From Escherichia coli (lineage in GTDB: Bacteria; Pseudomonadota; Gammaproteobacteria; Enterobacterales; Enterobacteriaceae), in assembly GCF_003790525.1 (NCBI RefSeq), contig NZ_CP033635.1: a DNA stretch of 64,000 nucleotides; one strand, written 5' to 3'. Below are positions 42,911-54,003 of the stretch, piece by piece. The notes beneath the pieces were generated by a model. The model was not told where the DNA came from and made no database searches. It saw only the letters and a list, made by a program, of their open reading frames with translations. The first letter of the stretch is position 1. Each line of letters opens with the position of its first letter. The position numbers and the translations under genes were made by a program.

Positions 42911-44332
42911 ATGATGAGCAAAATAAACCAAACGGATATCGATCGGTTGATTGAACTGGTCGGCGGGCGCGGCAATATTGCGACGGTGAGCCACTGTATT
43001 ACTCGTCTGCGCTTTGTCCTCAACCAACCGGCCAATGCCAGACCGAAAGAAATTGAGCAACTCCCCATGGTGAAAGGCTGTTTCACCAATGCCGGGCAAT
43101 TTCAGGTGGTGATTGGCACCAACGTGGGTGATTACTATCAAGCACTGATTGCGTCAACCGGACAGGCGCAGGTTGATAAAGAGCAGGTAAAAAAAGCCGC
43201 CCGGCAGAATATGAAATGGCATGAGCAGTTGATCTCTCATTTCGCGGAGATCTTCTTCCCGTTGCTGCCCGCGTTGATTAGTGGTGGTTTGATCCTCGGT
43301 TTTCGCAATGTGATCGGCGATTTGCCCATGAGCAACGGTCAAACGCTGGCGCAAATGTACCCTTCCCTGCAAACGATCTACGATTTTCTATGGTTGATCG
43401 GTGAAGCGATCTTCTTCTACTTGCCGGTCGGGATTTGCTGGTCAGCGGTGAAAAAAATGGGCGGTACACCGATCCTCGGTATCGTGCTTGGCGTGACACT
43501 GGTTTCTCCACAGCTGATGAACGCTTATCTGCTCGGGCAGCAGCTGCCGGAAGTGTGGGACTTTGGCATGTTCAGCATCGCTAAAGTGGGCTATCAGGCG
43601 CAGGTGATCCCGGCACTGTTAGCCGGGTTGGCGCTGGGCGTTATTGAAACTCGCCTTAAACGCATCGTACCGGATTACCTCTATCTGGTGGTGGTGCCCG
43701 TCTGTTCGCTGATCCTCGCGGTGTTCCTCGCCCATGCGCTGATTGGTCCGTTTGGTCGCATGATTGGCGATGGCGTTGCCTTTGCGGTACGTCACCTGAT
43801 GACCGGCAGCTTTGCTCCGATTGGCGCGGCATTGTTTGGCTTCCTGTACGCCCCGCTGGTGATCACCGGCGTACACCAGACCACGCTTGCTATTGATTTG
43901 CAGATGATTCAAAGCATGGGTGGCACGCCAGTGTGGCCGCTGATTGCGCTGTCGAATATCGCTCAGGGCTCCGCTGTGATAGGTATTATCATTTCCAGCC
44001 GCAAGCACAATGAACGCGAGATCTCCGTGCCTGCGGCGATCTCCGCCTGGCTTGGGGTCACTGAGCCTGCAATGTACGGCATCAACCTGAAATATCGCTT
44101 CCCGATGCTGTGCGCGATGATTGGTTCTGGTCTGGCAGGATTGCTATGCGGCCTGAACGGCGTTATGGCGAATGGCATCGGCGTAGGCGGCCTGCCGGGA
44201 ATTCTCTCGATTCAACCGAGCTACTGGCAGGTGTTTGCGCTGGCAATGGCTATCGCCATCATCATCCCGATTGTACTCACCTCGTTTATCTATCAGCGGA
44301 AATACCGCCTGGGCACGCTGGACATTGTTTAA
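42911..44332 (+). CDS. treB: PTS trehalose-specific EIIBC
   Basis: 473-aa ORF with EIIB cysteine motif and multi-TM EIIC. Confidence 0.9.
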   Translation: MMSKINQTDIDRLIELVGGRGNIATVSHCITRLRFVLNQPANARPKEIEQLPMVKGCFTNAGQFQVVIGTNVGDYYQALIASTGQAQVDKEQVKKAARQNMKWHEQLISHFAEIFFPLLPALISGGLILGFRNVIGDLPMSNGQTLAQMYPSLQTIYDFLWLIGEAIFFYLPVGICWSAVKKMGGTPILGIVLGVTLVSPQLMNAYLLGQQLPEVWDFGMFSIAKVGYQAQVIPALLAGLALGVIETRLKRIVPDYLYLVVVPVCSLILAVFLAHALIGPFGRMIGDGVAFAVRHLMTGSFAPIGAALFGFLYAPLVITGVHQTTLAIDLQMIQSMGGTPVWPLIALSNIAQGSAVIGIIISSRKHNEREISVPAAISAWLGVTEPAMYGINLKYRFPMLCAMIGSGLAGLLCGLNGVMANGIGVGGLPGILSIQPSYWQVFALAMAIAIIIPIVLTSFIYQRKYRLGTLDIV

Positions 44333-44381
44333 TTTTCTTCGGGGCGCAATTGCGCCCCCTCGCATTTGCAGGAATAACGTA

Positions 44382-46037
44382 ATGACTCATCTTCCCCACT
44401 GGTGGCAAAACGGCGTTATCTACCAGATTTATCCAAAGAGTTTTCAGGACACCACGGGTAGCGGCACCGGCGATTTACGTGGCGTTATCCAGCGCCTGGA
44501 CTATCTGCATAAACTGGGCGTTGATGCCATCTGGCTAACCCCCTTTTATGTCTCTCCCCAGGTCGATAACGGTTACGACGTAGCAAATTATACGGCGATT
44601 GATCCCACCTATGGCACGCTGGACGATTTTGACGAACTGGTGACACAGGCAAAATCGCGTGGGATTCGTATCATTCTCGATATGGTGTTTAACCATACCT
44701 CTACCCAACATGCCTGGTTTCGCGAGGCGCTGAACAAAGAAAGCCCTTACCGCCAGTTTTATATCTGGCGCGATGGAGAACCAGAAACGCCACCGAACAA
44801 CTGGCGTTCAAAATTCGGTGGTAGTGCGTGGCGCTGGCATGCGGAAAGCGAACAGTACTATTTGCATCTCTTTGCACCAGAACAGGCGGATCTCAACTGG
44901 GAGAATCCAGCGGTACGCGCAGAGCTGAAAAAAGTCTGTGAGTTCTGGGCCAATCGTGGGGTCGACGGGTTGCGCCTGGATGTGGTGAATCTGATCTCCA
45001 AAGATCCGCGTTACCCTGAAGACCTGGATGGCGACGGGCGTCGCTTCTACACCGACGGGCCACGAGCACACGAGTTTTTGCACGAGATGAACCGCGATGT
45101 GTTTACGCCACACGGGTTAATGACCGTAGGTGAAATGTCCTCCACCAGCCTTGAGCATTGCCAGCGATACGCGGCACTGACAGGCAGTGAATTGTCGATG
45201 ACCTTTAATTTTCATCACCTGAAGGTCGATTATCCCGGTGGTGAGAAATGGACGCTGGCTAAACCTGACTTTGTGGCGTTGAAAACATTGTTCCGCCACT
45301 GGCAACAAGGAATGCACAACGTGGCATGGAATGCCTTGTTCTGGTGTAACCACGATCAGCCGCGCATTGTTTCTCGCTTTGGTGATGAAGGTGAATACCG
45401 CGTGCCTGCGGCAAAAATGCTGGCGATGGTGCTGCATGGCATGCAGGGAACGCCGTATATCTACCAGGGCGAAGAGATTGGCATGACCAACCCACATTTC
45501 ACGCGCATTACTGACTATCGCGACGTGGAGAGCCTCAATATGTTTGCCGAGCTGCGCAACGATGGTCGTGATGCCGACGAGTTATTGGCAATCCTCGCCA
45601 GTAAATCCCGTGACAACAGTCGCACACCCATGCAATGGACCAACGGCGATAATGCCGGGTTTACGGCTGGCGAACCGTGGATTGGCCTGGGCGATAACTA
45701 TCAGGAAATCAACGTAGAAGCAGCGCTGGCCGATGAGTCCTCGGTGTTTTACACCTACCAAAAGTTAATCGCACTGCGTAAGCAAGAAGCCGTCCTGACA
45801 TGGGGCGATTACCAGGATCTGCTGCCAAACAGCCCTGTATTGTGGTGCTATCGCCGTGAGTGGAAGGGGCAAACCTTGCTGGTCATTGCCAACCTTAGCC
45901 GTGAGACCCAACCCTGGCAGCCAGGGAAAATGCTCGGCAACTGGCAGCTTGTGATGCATAACTACGAAGAAGCCTCACCACAACCCTGTGCCATGACTTT
46001 ACGGCCTTTTGAGGCTGTCTGGTGGTTACAGAAGTAA
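44382..46037 (+). CDS. treC: trehalose-6-phosphate hydrolase
   Basis: GH13 motifs; start trimmed to MTHLPHWWQNG. Confidence 0.9.
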   Translation: MTHLPHWWQNGVIYQIYPKSFQDTTGSGTGDLRGVIQRLDYLHKLGVDAIWLTPFYVSPQVDNGYDVANYTAIDPTYGTLDDFDELVTQAKSRGIRIILDMVFNHTSTQHAWFREALNKESPYRQFYIWRDGEPETPPNNWRSKFGGSAWRWHAESEQYYLHLFAPEQADLNWENPAVRAELKKVCEFWANRGVDGLRLDVVNLISKDPRYPEDLDGDGRRFYTDGPRAHEFLHEMNRDVFTPHGLMTVGEMSSTSLEHCQRYAALTGSELSMTFNFHHLKVDYPGGEKWTLAKPDFVALKTLFRHWQQGMHNVAWNALFWCNHDQPRIVSRFGDEGEYRVPAAKMLAMVLHGMQGTPYIYQGEEIGMTNPHFTRITDYRDVESLNMFAELRNDGRDADELLAILASKSRDNSRTPMQWTNGDNAGFTAGEPWIGLGDNYQEINVEAALADESSVFYTYQKLIALRKQEAVLTWGDYQDLLPNSPVLWCYRREWKGQTLLVIANLSRETQPWQPGKMLGNWQLVMHNYEEASPQPCAMTLRPFEAVWWLQK

Positions 46038-46049
46038 ATCTTCGCTAAG

Positions 46050-46079
46050 CCCCGGTAATGCCTGTCATTCCGGGGTTTT
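46050..46079 (+). terminator. treC terminator
   Basis: CCCCGG..CATTCCGGGG hairpin followed by TTTT. Confidence 0.5.
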
Positions 46080-46430
46080 GCCTGTCAGCATGTTGTTTTT
46101 GTTGATTTTATAATCAAAAAATTCATTAAAAAATTTACATATCGCTGTAGCGCCCGTCATCCGTACGCTCTGCTTTTTACTTTGAGCTACATCAAAAAAA
46201 GTTCAAACATCCTTGATGCAAAGCACTATATATAGACTTTAAAATGCGTCCCAACCCAATATGTTGTATTAATCGACTATAATTGCTACTACAGCTCCCC
46301 ACGAAAAAGGTGCGGCGTTGTGGATAAGCGGATGGCGATTGCGGAAAGCACCGGAAAACGAAACGAAAAAACCGGAAAACGCCTTTCCCAATTTCTGTGG
46401 ATAACCTGTTCTTAAAAATATGGAGCGATC

Positions 46431-48569
46431 ATGACACCGCATGTGATGAAACGAGACGGCTGCAAAGTGCCGTTTAAATCAGAGCGCATCAAAGAAGCGA
46501 TTCTGCGTGCAGCTAAAGCAGCGGAAGTCGATGATGCCGATTATTGCGCCACTGTTGCTGCGGTTGTCAGCGAGCAGATGCAGGGCCGCAACCAGGTGGA
46601 TATCAATGAGATCCAGACCGCAGTTGAAAACCAGCTGATGTCGGGGCCATACAAACAACTGGCTCGTGCTTACATCGAGTACCGTCACGATCGCGACATT
46701 GAACGTGAAAAACGCGGTCGCCTGAACCAGGAGATCCGTGGTCTGGTCGAGCAGACCAACTCCTCGTTACTCAACGAAAACGCCAACAAAGACAGCAAGG
46801 TGATTCCAACCCAGCGCGACCTGCTGGCCGGGATCGTGGCTAAACACTATGCACGCCAGCACTTGCTGCCGCGTGACGTGGTGCAGGCACATGAGCGTGG
46901 CGATATTCACTATCACGATCTCGATTACTCGCCGTTCTTCCCGATGTTCAACTGCATGTTGATCGACCTGAAAGGCATGCTGACCCAGGGCTTTAAGATG
47001 GGGAACGCCGAGATTGAACCGCCGAAGTCGATCTCTACGGCAACCGCGGTAACTGCGCAGATTATTGCTCAGGTCGCCAGCCATATTTATGGCGGCACCA
47101 CCATTAACCGTATCGATGAAGTGCTGGCACCGTTTGTCACCGCCAGCTACAACAAACATCGCAAGACCGCGGAAGAGTGGAACATCCCGGACGCCGAAGG
47201 CTACGCTAACTCTCGTACCATCAAAGAGTGCTACGATGCCTTCCAGTCGCTGGAGTACGAAGTAAACACCCTGCATACCGCCAACGGTCAAACGCCGTTT
47301 GTAACCTTTGGTTTTGGTCTGGGCACCAGCTGGGAATCGCGCCTGATTCAGGAATCGATCCTGCGTAACCGTATCGCAGGCCTCGGTAAAAACCGTAAAA
47401 CGGCGGTGTTCCCGAAACTGGTGTTTGCGATTCGCGATGGCCTGAACCATAAAAAAGGCGATCCGAACTACGACATCAAACAGCTGGCGCTGGAGTGCGC
47501 AAGCAAGCGCATGTATCCGGATATCCTGAACTACGATCAGGTAGTGAAAGTCACCGGTTCGTTTAAAACCCCGATGGGCTGCCGCAGCTTCCTCGGCGTG
47601 TGGGAAAATGAAAACGGCGAGCAGATCCACGATGGTCGTAACAACCTCGGCGTGATCAGCCTGAACCTGCCGCGTATTGCTCTGGAGGCAAAAGGCGATG
47701 AAGCCACCTTCTGGAAGCTGCTGGATGAACGTCTGGTGCTGGCACGTAAGGCGCTGATGACCCGTATCGCTCGTCTCGAAGGCGTGAAAGCGCGCGTAGC
47801 CCCGATCCTCTATATGGAAGGTGCTTGTGGCGTGCGTCTGAATGCTGACGATGATGTTTCTGAAATCTTCAAAAACGGTCGTGCGTCTATTTCGCTGGGT
47901 TACATCGGCATCCACGAAACCATTAACGCGCTGTTTGGCGGCGAGCATGTGTATGACAACGAGCAGCTGCGCGCGAAAGGTATCGCCATTGTTGAACGTC
48001 TGCGTCAGGCGGTGGATCAGTGGAAAGAAGAAACGGGTTACGGTTTTAGCCTTTACAGCACGCCAAGTGAAAACCTGTGCGACCGCTTCTGCCGTCTCGA
48101 TACCGCTGAGTTTGGCGTGGTGCCGGGCGTGACTGATAAAGGTTACTACACCAACAGTTTCCACCTCGATGTGGAGAAGAAGGTGAACCCGTACGACAAG
48201 ATCGACTTTGAAGCGCCTTACCCGCCGCTGGCGAACGGTGGTTTCATTTGCTACGGCGAATATCCAAACATTCAGCACAACCTGAAGGCGCTGGAAGATG
48301 TCTGGGATTACAGCTATCAGCATGTACCGTATTACGGCACCAATACGCCGATTGATGAGTGTTACGAGTGTGGTTTTACCGGTGAGTTTGAGTGCACCAG
48401 TAAAGGCTTCACCTGCCCGAAATGTGGTAACCATGACGCCTCCCGTGTGTCGGTGACTCGCCGCGTGTGCGGATATTTAGGTAGCCCGGATGCGCGTCCG
48501 TTTAACGCTGGTAAGCAGGAAGAAGTTAAGCGCCGCGTTAAACATTTGGGGAATGGGCAGATAGGTTAA
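46431..48569 (+). CDS. nrdD: anaerobic ribonucleoside-triphosphate reductase
   Basis: 712-aa ORF with C-terminal glycyl-radical and Zn-ribbon region. Confidence 0.95.
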   Translation: MTPHVMKRDGCKVPFKSERIKEAILRAAKAAEVDDADYCATVAAVVSEQMQGRNQVDINEIQTAVENQLMSGPYKQLARAYIEYRHDRDIEREKRGRLNQEIRGLVEQTNSSLLNENANKDSKVIPTQRDLLAGIVAKHYARQHLLPRDVVQAHERGDIHYHDLDYSPFFPMFNCMLIDLKGMLTQGFKMGNAEIEPPKSISTATAVTAQIIAQVASHIYGGTTINRIDEVLAPFVTASYNKHRKTAEEWNIPDAEGYANSRTIKECYDAFQSLEYEVNTLHTANGQTPFVTFGFGLGTSWESRLIQESILRNRIAGLGKNRKTAVFPKLVFAIRDGLNHKKGDPNYDIKQLALECASKRMYPDILNYDQVVKVTGSFKTPMGCRSFLGVWENENGEQIHDGRNNLGVISLNLPRIALEAKGDEATFWKLLDERLVLARKALMTRIARLEGVKARVAPILYMEGACGVRLNADDDVSEIFKNGRASISLGYIGIHETINALFGGEHVYDNEQLRAKGIAIVERLRQAVDQWKEETGYGFSLYSTPSENLCDRFCRLDTAEFGVVPGVTDKGYYTNSFHLDVEKKVNPYDKIDFEAPYPPLANGGFICYGEYPNIQHNLKALEDVWDYSYQHVPYYGTNTPIDECYECGFTGEFECTSKGFTCPKCGNHDASRVSVTRRVCGYLGSPDARPFNAGKQEEVKRRVKHLGNGQIG

Positions 48570-48574
48570 TCCTT

Positions 48575-48616
48575 CCCCCTCACCCTAACCCTCTCCCTCA
48601 AGGGAGAGGGGACCGT
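48575..48616. repeat. C-rich palindromic intergenic repeat (second copy)
   Basis: CCCTCACCCTAACCCTCTCCCTCAAGGGAGAGGGGACCG, near-identical to 24935-24972. Confidence 0.6.
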
Positions 48617-48753
48617 TCCGTGCCCCTTCCTGATTCCCGACATAATGAATTGCCTCTGGCCAGTTTTTGTCGTCGCAAGGAGGCAAATGCGTAGCATCGG
48701 GGGACTTCGCCCGTACGCACCAGAGCATTCATGGCGTCAATTGAGAAGCGAAA

Positions 48754-49218
48754 ATGAACTTTCATCAGTACTATCCTGTCGACATCGTCAACGGTCCCGG
48801 CACTCGCTGCACCCTGTTTGTCTCCGGGTGTGTTCATGAATGCCCCGGTTGCTATAACAAAAGCACATGGCGGGTAAATTCCGGTCAGCCATTTACCAAA
48901 GCAATGGAAGACCAGATCATTAACGATCTGAATGACACTCGTATCAAACGCCAGGGGATTTCCCTCTCCGGCGGCGATCCGCTGCATCCGCAAAACGTGC
49001 CGGATATTCTGAAACTGGTACAACGCATCCGCGCCGAGTGTCCGGGTAAAGACATCTGGGTGTGGACAGGCTATAAACTCGACGAACTCAACGCTGCGCA
49101 AATGCAGGTTGTTGATTTGATTAACGTGCTGGTCGACGGCAAATTTATGCAGGATCTAAAAGACCCTTCCCTGATCTGGCGCGGCAGCAGCAATCAGGTG
49201 GTGCATCATTTACGTTAG
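48754..49218 (+). CDS. nrdG: anaerobic RNR activating enzyme
   Basis: 154-aa ORF with radical-SAM cysteine motif. Confidence 0.9.
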   Translation: MNFHQYYPVDIVNGPGTRCTLFVSGCVHECPGCYNKSTWRVNSGQPFTKAMEDQIINDLNDTRIKRQGISLSGGDPLHPQNVPDILKLVQRIRAECPGKDIWVWTGYKLDELNAAQMQVVDLINVLVDGKFMQDLKDPSLIWRGSSNQVVHHLR

Positions 49219-49509
49219 TCACTCATCCAGCCGTTTTGTCGCGTCTTCATAAACGGCTGAGTTTTCTCTCTTACCAATAGCTATCACCAACACGAGTAAC
49301 TCTTTATCATTGACGGAATAGACCAGGCGATATCCCAGTGTGCGCAGCTTAATTTTGTAGCAGTCCGGTAAATCCCGCAGTTTAGCCGATGGATTGCGCG
49401 GCCTTTTCAGCACATCCTCAAGCTTTTTTTTAAATTGTTCCCGGACTGTCACGCCCAGTTTTTGCCACTCTTTCAGCGCCCGCGGATCAAACGCCAGCTC
49501 ATAGTTCAT
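49219..49509 (-). CDS. RelE-family mRNA interferase toxin (96 aa from MNYELAFDPR)
   Basis: Strong resemblance to RelE (ALKEWQKLG, KLRDLPDCYKIKLR, GYRLVY); overlaps the antitoxin stop by 11 bp. Confidence 0.8.
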   Translation of the reverse strand: MNYELAFDPRALKEWQKLGVTVREQFKKKLEDVLKRPRNPSAKLRDLPDCYKIKLRTLGYRLVYSVNDKELLVLVIAIGKRENSAVYEDATKRLDE

Positions 49510-49741
49510 CCAGTCGGACCTTAATGGCCTCTTGTGGGTTGGCCAGTCGTTCCCTGACAGTGCGTAACAAGGCTTCTTCACTATCACTGACAGTGAGCGT
49601 TTTTACCGGCATTCGTCCATTTTCCGCAACGTACTGAAACAGCAGCCGCACTGCTTCAGTAGGCGTAATATTTAATTTTTCCAGCACCGCATAAGCCTCA
49701 TTTTTCAGTTTGTCATCCAGGCGGACGTTAAGTGTGGCCAT
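49499..49741 (-). CDS. RelB-family antitoxin (80 aa)
   Basis: Resembles RelB (LNVRLDDKLK..AYAVLEK); GGAGG SD upstream. Confidence 0.8.
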   Translation of the reverse strand: MATLNVRLDDKLKNEAYAVLEKLNITPTEAVRLLFQYVAENGRMPVKTLTVSDSEEALLRTVRERLANPQEAIKVRLDEL

Positions 49742-49764
49742 TATGCCTCCGGTAATTATGAAAA

Positions 49765-49800
49765 GTGTAATGCATTATAGCATTACATATGCATTACATT
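49765..49800. promoter_or_regulatory. repeated TGCATTA / TAATGCATTA palindromes upstream of the relBE-like operon; candidate autoregulatory operator
   Basis: Perfect palindrome TAATGCATTA plus two further TGCATTAC repeats. Confidence 0.4.
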
Positions 49801-49932
49801 CATTTCTGGAAAACGCCTCGCAAAAATGAGGACGACACGCAGGAATATGCCGTGGTGAAGATAGATATTGCGGTGATTTTACGAAGGGAGAAGAAAGCGT
49901 TGGGCGGTAACGTTTCACCGCCCAATAAGGAA

Positions 49933-50322
<390 letters not shown>

Positions 50323-50374
50323 TCACTTCCTTTTTTATTATGGAGATTTGGCGCGGCAGGTCGCGCCAGTTTTT

Positions 50375-51727
50375 TTACTGCCCGGCGATTTTCATCTCCG
50401 GCAACAGCACTGAACCACACTGTATGTTACTGCGTGTTTCAATATCATTACCAACAGCAACGATATTACGCCACATATCTTTTAAATTACCTGCGATGGT
50501 GATTTCGCTCACCGGATACTGAATTTCGCCATTCTCTACCCAGAAGCCCGCTGCACCACGGGAATAATCACCGGTAATGGCACTCACGCCCTGGCCCATC
50601 AGCTCCGTCACCACCAGCCCGGTGCCCATCTCTTTGAGCATTTGTTCGAAGCTTAGCCCTTGTCCGGCAATCCGCCAGTTGTGAATACCGCCCGCATGTC
50701 CGGTGCTTTTCAGCCCCAGTTTTCGCGCCGAATAGCTGGTCAGCAGCCACTGAGTCAGGATGCCATCTTTGACGATATCGCGGCGCTCGGTGCGCACACC
50801 TTCGCTGTCGAATGGTGTAGATGCCAGCCCTTTCAGCAGATGCGGATGTTCTTCAATAGTCAGCCAGTCCGGCAGAATTTGTTTACCCAGCGAATCCAGC
50901 AAGAAGGTCGATTTACGGTAGACCGCACCACCCGCTATCGCCCCCACCAAATGACCAAACAACCCTGTTGCCACTTCATTGGCAAAAATGACCGGCGCTT
51001 TCATGGTGGAGAGTTTACGCGGTGACAGACGCGATAAAGTGCGGCGAGCACAGTCGGCCCCAACCCACTCTGGCGTTTGTAGATCGCTCATCGCACGCCC
51101 AATGGTGTAGGCATAATCGCGCTCCATATCGCCATTTTCTTCGGCGATTACACAACTGGAGAGCGAATGACGCGTTGAGCAGTAACCCTGCAACATGCCG
51201 TGGCTGTTGCCAAAAACTTTGACACCGTAGTGGCTGTTAAAGCTACCGCCTTCGGTATTGGTGATGCGTTTGTCCGCCTGCAATGCCGCCTGTTCCGCGC
51301 GGGCCGCCAGTTCAATGGCTTCATCCGGGGAAACTTCCGCAGGGTGGAACAAGTCGAGATCCGGTGCGTCAAAGGCCAGCAGCTCTTTGTCTGCCACGCC
51401 GGCACAGGGATCTGGCGAGGTATAACGGGCAATATCCAGCGCCGCCTGTACGGTGCGGGCAATGGCCTGCGGGCTTAAATCGGTAGACGATGCGCTCCCT
51501 TTGCGGTTCTGGTGATAAACAGTGATCCCCAGCGCGCCATCGCTATTGAATTCAACATTCTCCACTTCACCATAACGCGTGCTTACGCTAATGCCGGTGG
51601 TCTTGCTGACGGCAACTTCTGCACCGTCCGATTTGCCTGAGGCCAACTCCAGCGCAGTCGAAACTGCTTCTTCCAGAATCTTGCGCTGCGCTTCAACTTG
51701 AGAGATTACTTTCATTGCAAGTGCCAT
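50375..51727 (-). CDS. pmbA: metalloprotease PmbA (TldE)
   Basis: 450-aa ORF, recognised sequence. Confidence 0.9.
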   Translation of the reverse strand: MALAMKVISQVEAQRKILEEAVSTALELASGKSDGAEVAVSKTTGISVSTRYGEVENVEFNSDGALGITVYHQNRKGSASSTDLSPQAIARTVQAALDIARYTSPDPCAGVADKELLAFDAPDLDLFHPAEVSPDEAIELAARAEQAALQADKRITNTEGGSFNSHYGVKVFGNSHGMLQGYCSTRHSLSSCVIAEENGDMERDYAYTIGRAMSDLQTPEWVGADCARRTLSRLSPRKLSTMKAPVIFANEVATGLFGHLVGAIAGGAVYRKSTFLLDSLGKQILPDWLTIEEHPHLLKGLASTPFDSEGVRTERRDIVKDGILTQWLLTSYSARKLGLKSTGHAGGIHNWRIAGQGLSFEQMLKEMGTGLVVTELMGQGVSAITGDYSRGAAGFWVENGEIQYPVSEITIAGNLKDMWRNIVAVGNDIETRSNIQCGSVLLPEMKIAGQ

Positions 51728-51820
51728 AATGTAGAGAGTTTCTCTGAAGTCTAACAGAGAACCGTTTTTCAGTGCGCATCTTAACTGGTAACATTAGCCT
51801 CTTTTTTTAAGGAGCCTGAG

Positions 51821-52372
51821 ATGACTAAGCAGCCCGAAGACTGGCTCGACGACGTTCCCGGTGATGACATCGAAGACGAAGACGATGAAATTATCTGGGT
51901 CAGTAAAAGTGAAATTAAACGTGACGCCGAGGAGCTAAAACGCCTGGGCGCAGAAATTGTTGATCTGGGGAAAAACGCGCTGGATAAGATCCCGTTAGAT
52001 GCGGATCTGCGTGCGGCTATTGAGTTAGCCCAGCGTATTAAGATGGAAGGTCGCCGCCGCCAGTTGCAGCTCATCGGCAAGATGCTGCGCCAGCGCGACG
52101 TAGAGCCTATTCGTCAGGCGCTGGATAAGCTGAAAAACCGCCACAACCAGCAGGTGGTGCTGTTCCATAAACTGGAAAACCTGCGCGATCGTCTGATCGA
52201 CCAGGGTGATGATGCCATCGCTGAAGTATTGAATCTGTGGCCCGATGCCGATCGTCAGCAACTGCGTACTCTGATCCGTAACGCGAAGAAAGAGAAAGAA
52301 GGGAATAAGCCGCCGAAATCCGCGCGCCAGATTTTCCAGTATCTGCGTGAGTTAGCGGAAAACGAAGGGTAA
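51821..52372 (+). CDS. yjgA: ribosome-associated protein YjgA (DarP)
   Basis: 183-aa ORF, recognised sequence. Confidence 0.85.
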
Positions 52373-52398
52373 TTTTCGTTGTTGATGTGAGTATGGTT

Positions 52399-52430
52399 TG
52401 CCGGATGCGGCGTGAACGCCTTATCCGGCA
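52399..52430. repeat. REP element
   Basis: TGCCGGATGCGGCGTGAACGCCTTATCCGGCA. Confidence 0.7.
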
Positions 52431-52454
52431 ATACTATATCAGGCTGAGGCCGAA

Positions 52455-53828
52455 TTACTGCGCGGCTTCCGCTTTCTTCGCCAGCCCATCCAGCAGTTTC
52501 TGATGGATCCCACCAAAACCGCCGTTGCTCATCACCAAAATATGGTCGCCAGGCTGAGCGGTTTTCACCACCATATCTGCCAGCGTATCCACATCGCCGC
52601 TCCAGTGTGCAGGCTGAACGCAGGCTTCTGCCACTTCTGCCACCTGCCACGGAATATGCGCCGGTTGCAGCAGGAAGACTTCATCGGCACGACCTAATGA
52701 AGGTGCCAGATCGTCTTTGCAGATCCCCATTTTCATGGTATTCGAACGCGGCTCCAGCACGGCAATAATGCGCGCCGTACCGCCAACTTTGCCACGCAGC
52801 GCCGCCAGCGTTGCCAGAATCGCCGTCGGGTGATGGGCAAAATCGTCATATACCGTGACGCCATTCGCTTCACCACGCAACTCCAGGCGGCGACGAGCGT
52901 TAATAAACGAACCCAGCGCGTTAGCAGCATCTGCTGGCGCTACGCCAACATGACGGGCCGCCGCAATCGCCATCAGGCCGTTGTGCATATTATGTTCGCC
53001 CACCAGCGACCATTTCACTTCGCCCACTTTTTCGCCATCCAGCAAGACTTCCCATTCGGAAGCGTCAGTGGTCAGCTTTTTCGCCTGCCAGTGCCCCTGC
53101 TCGCCCACCAGCTCCTGCTCGCTCCAGCAGCCCATCGCCATGGTCTGTTTCAGGTTGATGTCGTTTTCCGGCCAGATAATACGGCCCTGCCCCGGAACGA
53201 TACGCACCAGATGGTGGAACTGTTTCTGGATCGCTTTCAGGTCGTCAAAGATATCGGCGTGATCGAACTCAAGGTTGTTGAGGATCAGCGTACGCGGGCA
53301 GTAATGGACAAATTTAGAGCGTTTGTCGAAGAAGGCGCAGTCGTACTCATCCGCTTCGATAACAAAGAAATCGCTTTCGCCCAGACACGCCGAGACCTCA
53401 AAGTTCCCCGGCACACCGCCGATCACAAATCCTGGTTTGTAACCACACTGTTCCAGAATCCAGGTCGCCATTCCCGCCGTGGTGGTTTTGCCGTGTGTAC
53501 CGGCAACGGCCAGCACCCAGCGGTCACGCAGCACAAAATCGTGCAGCCACTGCGGACCTGACATATAAGGGATGTTTTTTTCCAGTACCGCTTCCACACA
53601 CGGATTTCCACGGGTCATGGCGTTGCCAATAATCACCAGATCCGGCTGCGGGTCGAGCTGGCTGGCATCGTAACCCTGAATCAGTTCAATGCCTTGCTTC
53701 TCAAGTAAGGTGCTCATCGGCGGATACACATTGGCGTCCGAACCCGTTACTTCATGGCCTAACTGGCGCGCCAGCATCGCCAGACCGCCCATAAACGTGC
53801 CACAAATTCCTAAAATATGAATGCGCAT
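52455..53828 (-). CDS. mpl: UDP-N-acetylmuramate:L-alanyl-gamma-D-glutamyl-meso-DAP ligase
   Basis: 457-aa Mur-ligase-family ORF. Confidence 0.9.
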
Positions 53829-54003
53829 ACGTCACTATCCTTTTTTAATCTGCCGCTCATTTTACGCATATGTCGGGCAAGTGAGAAACGCATTTCAGGA
53901 TAATCCGCAATTTGCTGGCGCGATTCACCTGAGCGCAACATTGAGATTATTTGTTAAGATTGTTGCGGTCGCTTTACTCCATAAACATTGCAGGGAAAGT
54001 TTT

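Noticed and set aside
44341-44358. GGGGCGCAATTGCGCCCC hairpin after treB as a rho-independent terminator
   Set aside because: The T-run is on the wrong side for a plus-strand terminator and treC follows in the same operon; left uncalled.
46767-48434. 555-aa minus-strand ORF antisense to nrdD
   Set aside because: Same reasoning; nrdD is recognisable on the plus strand with conserved motifs.
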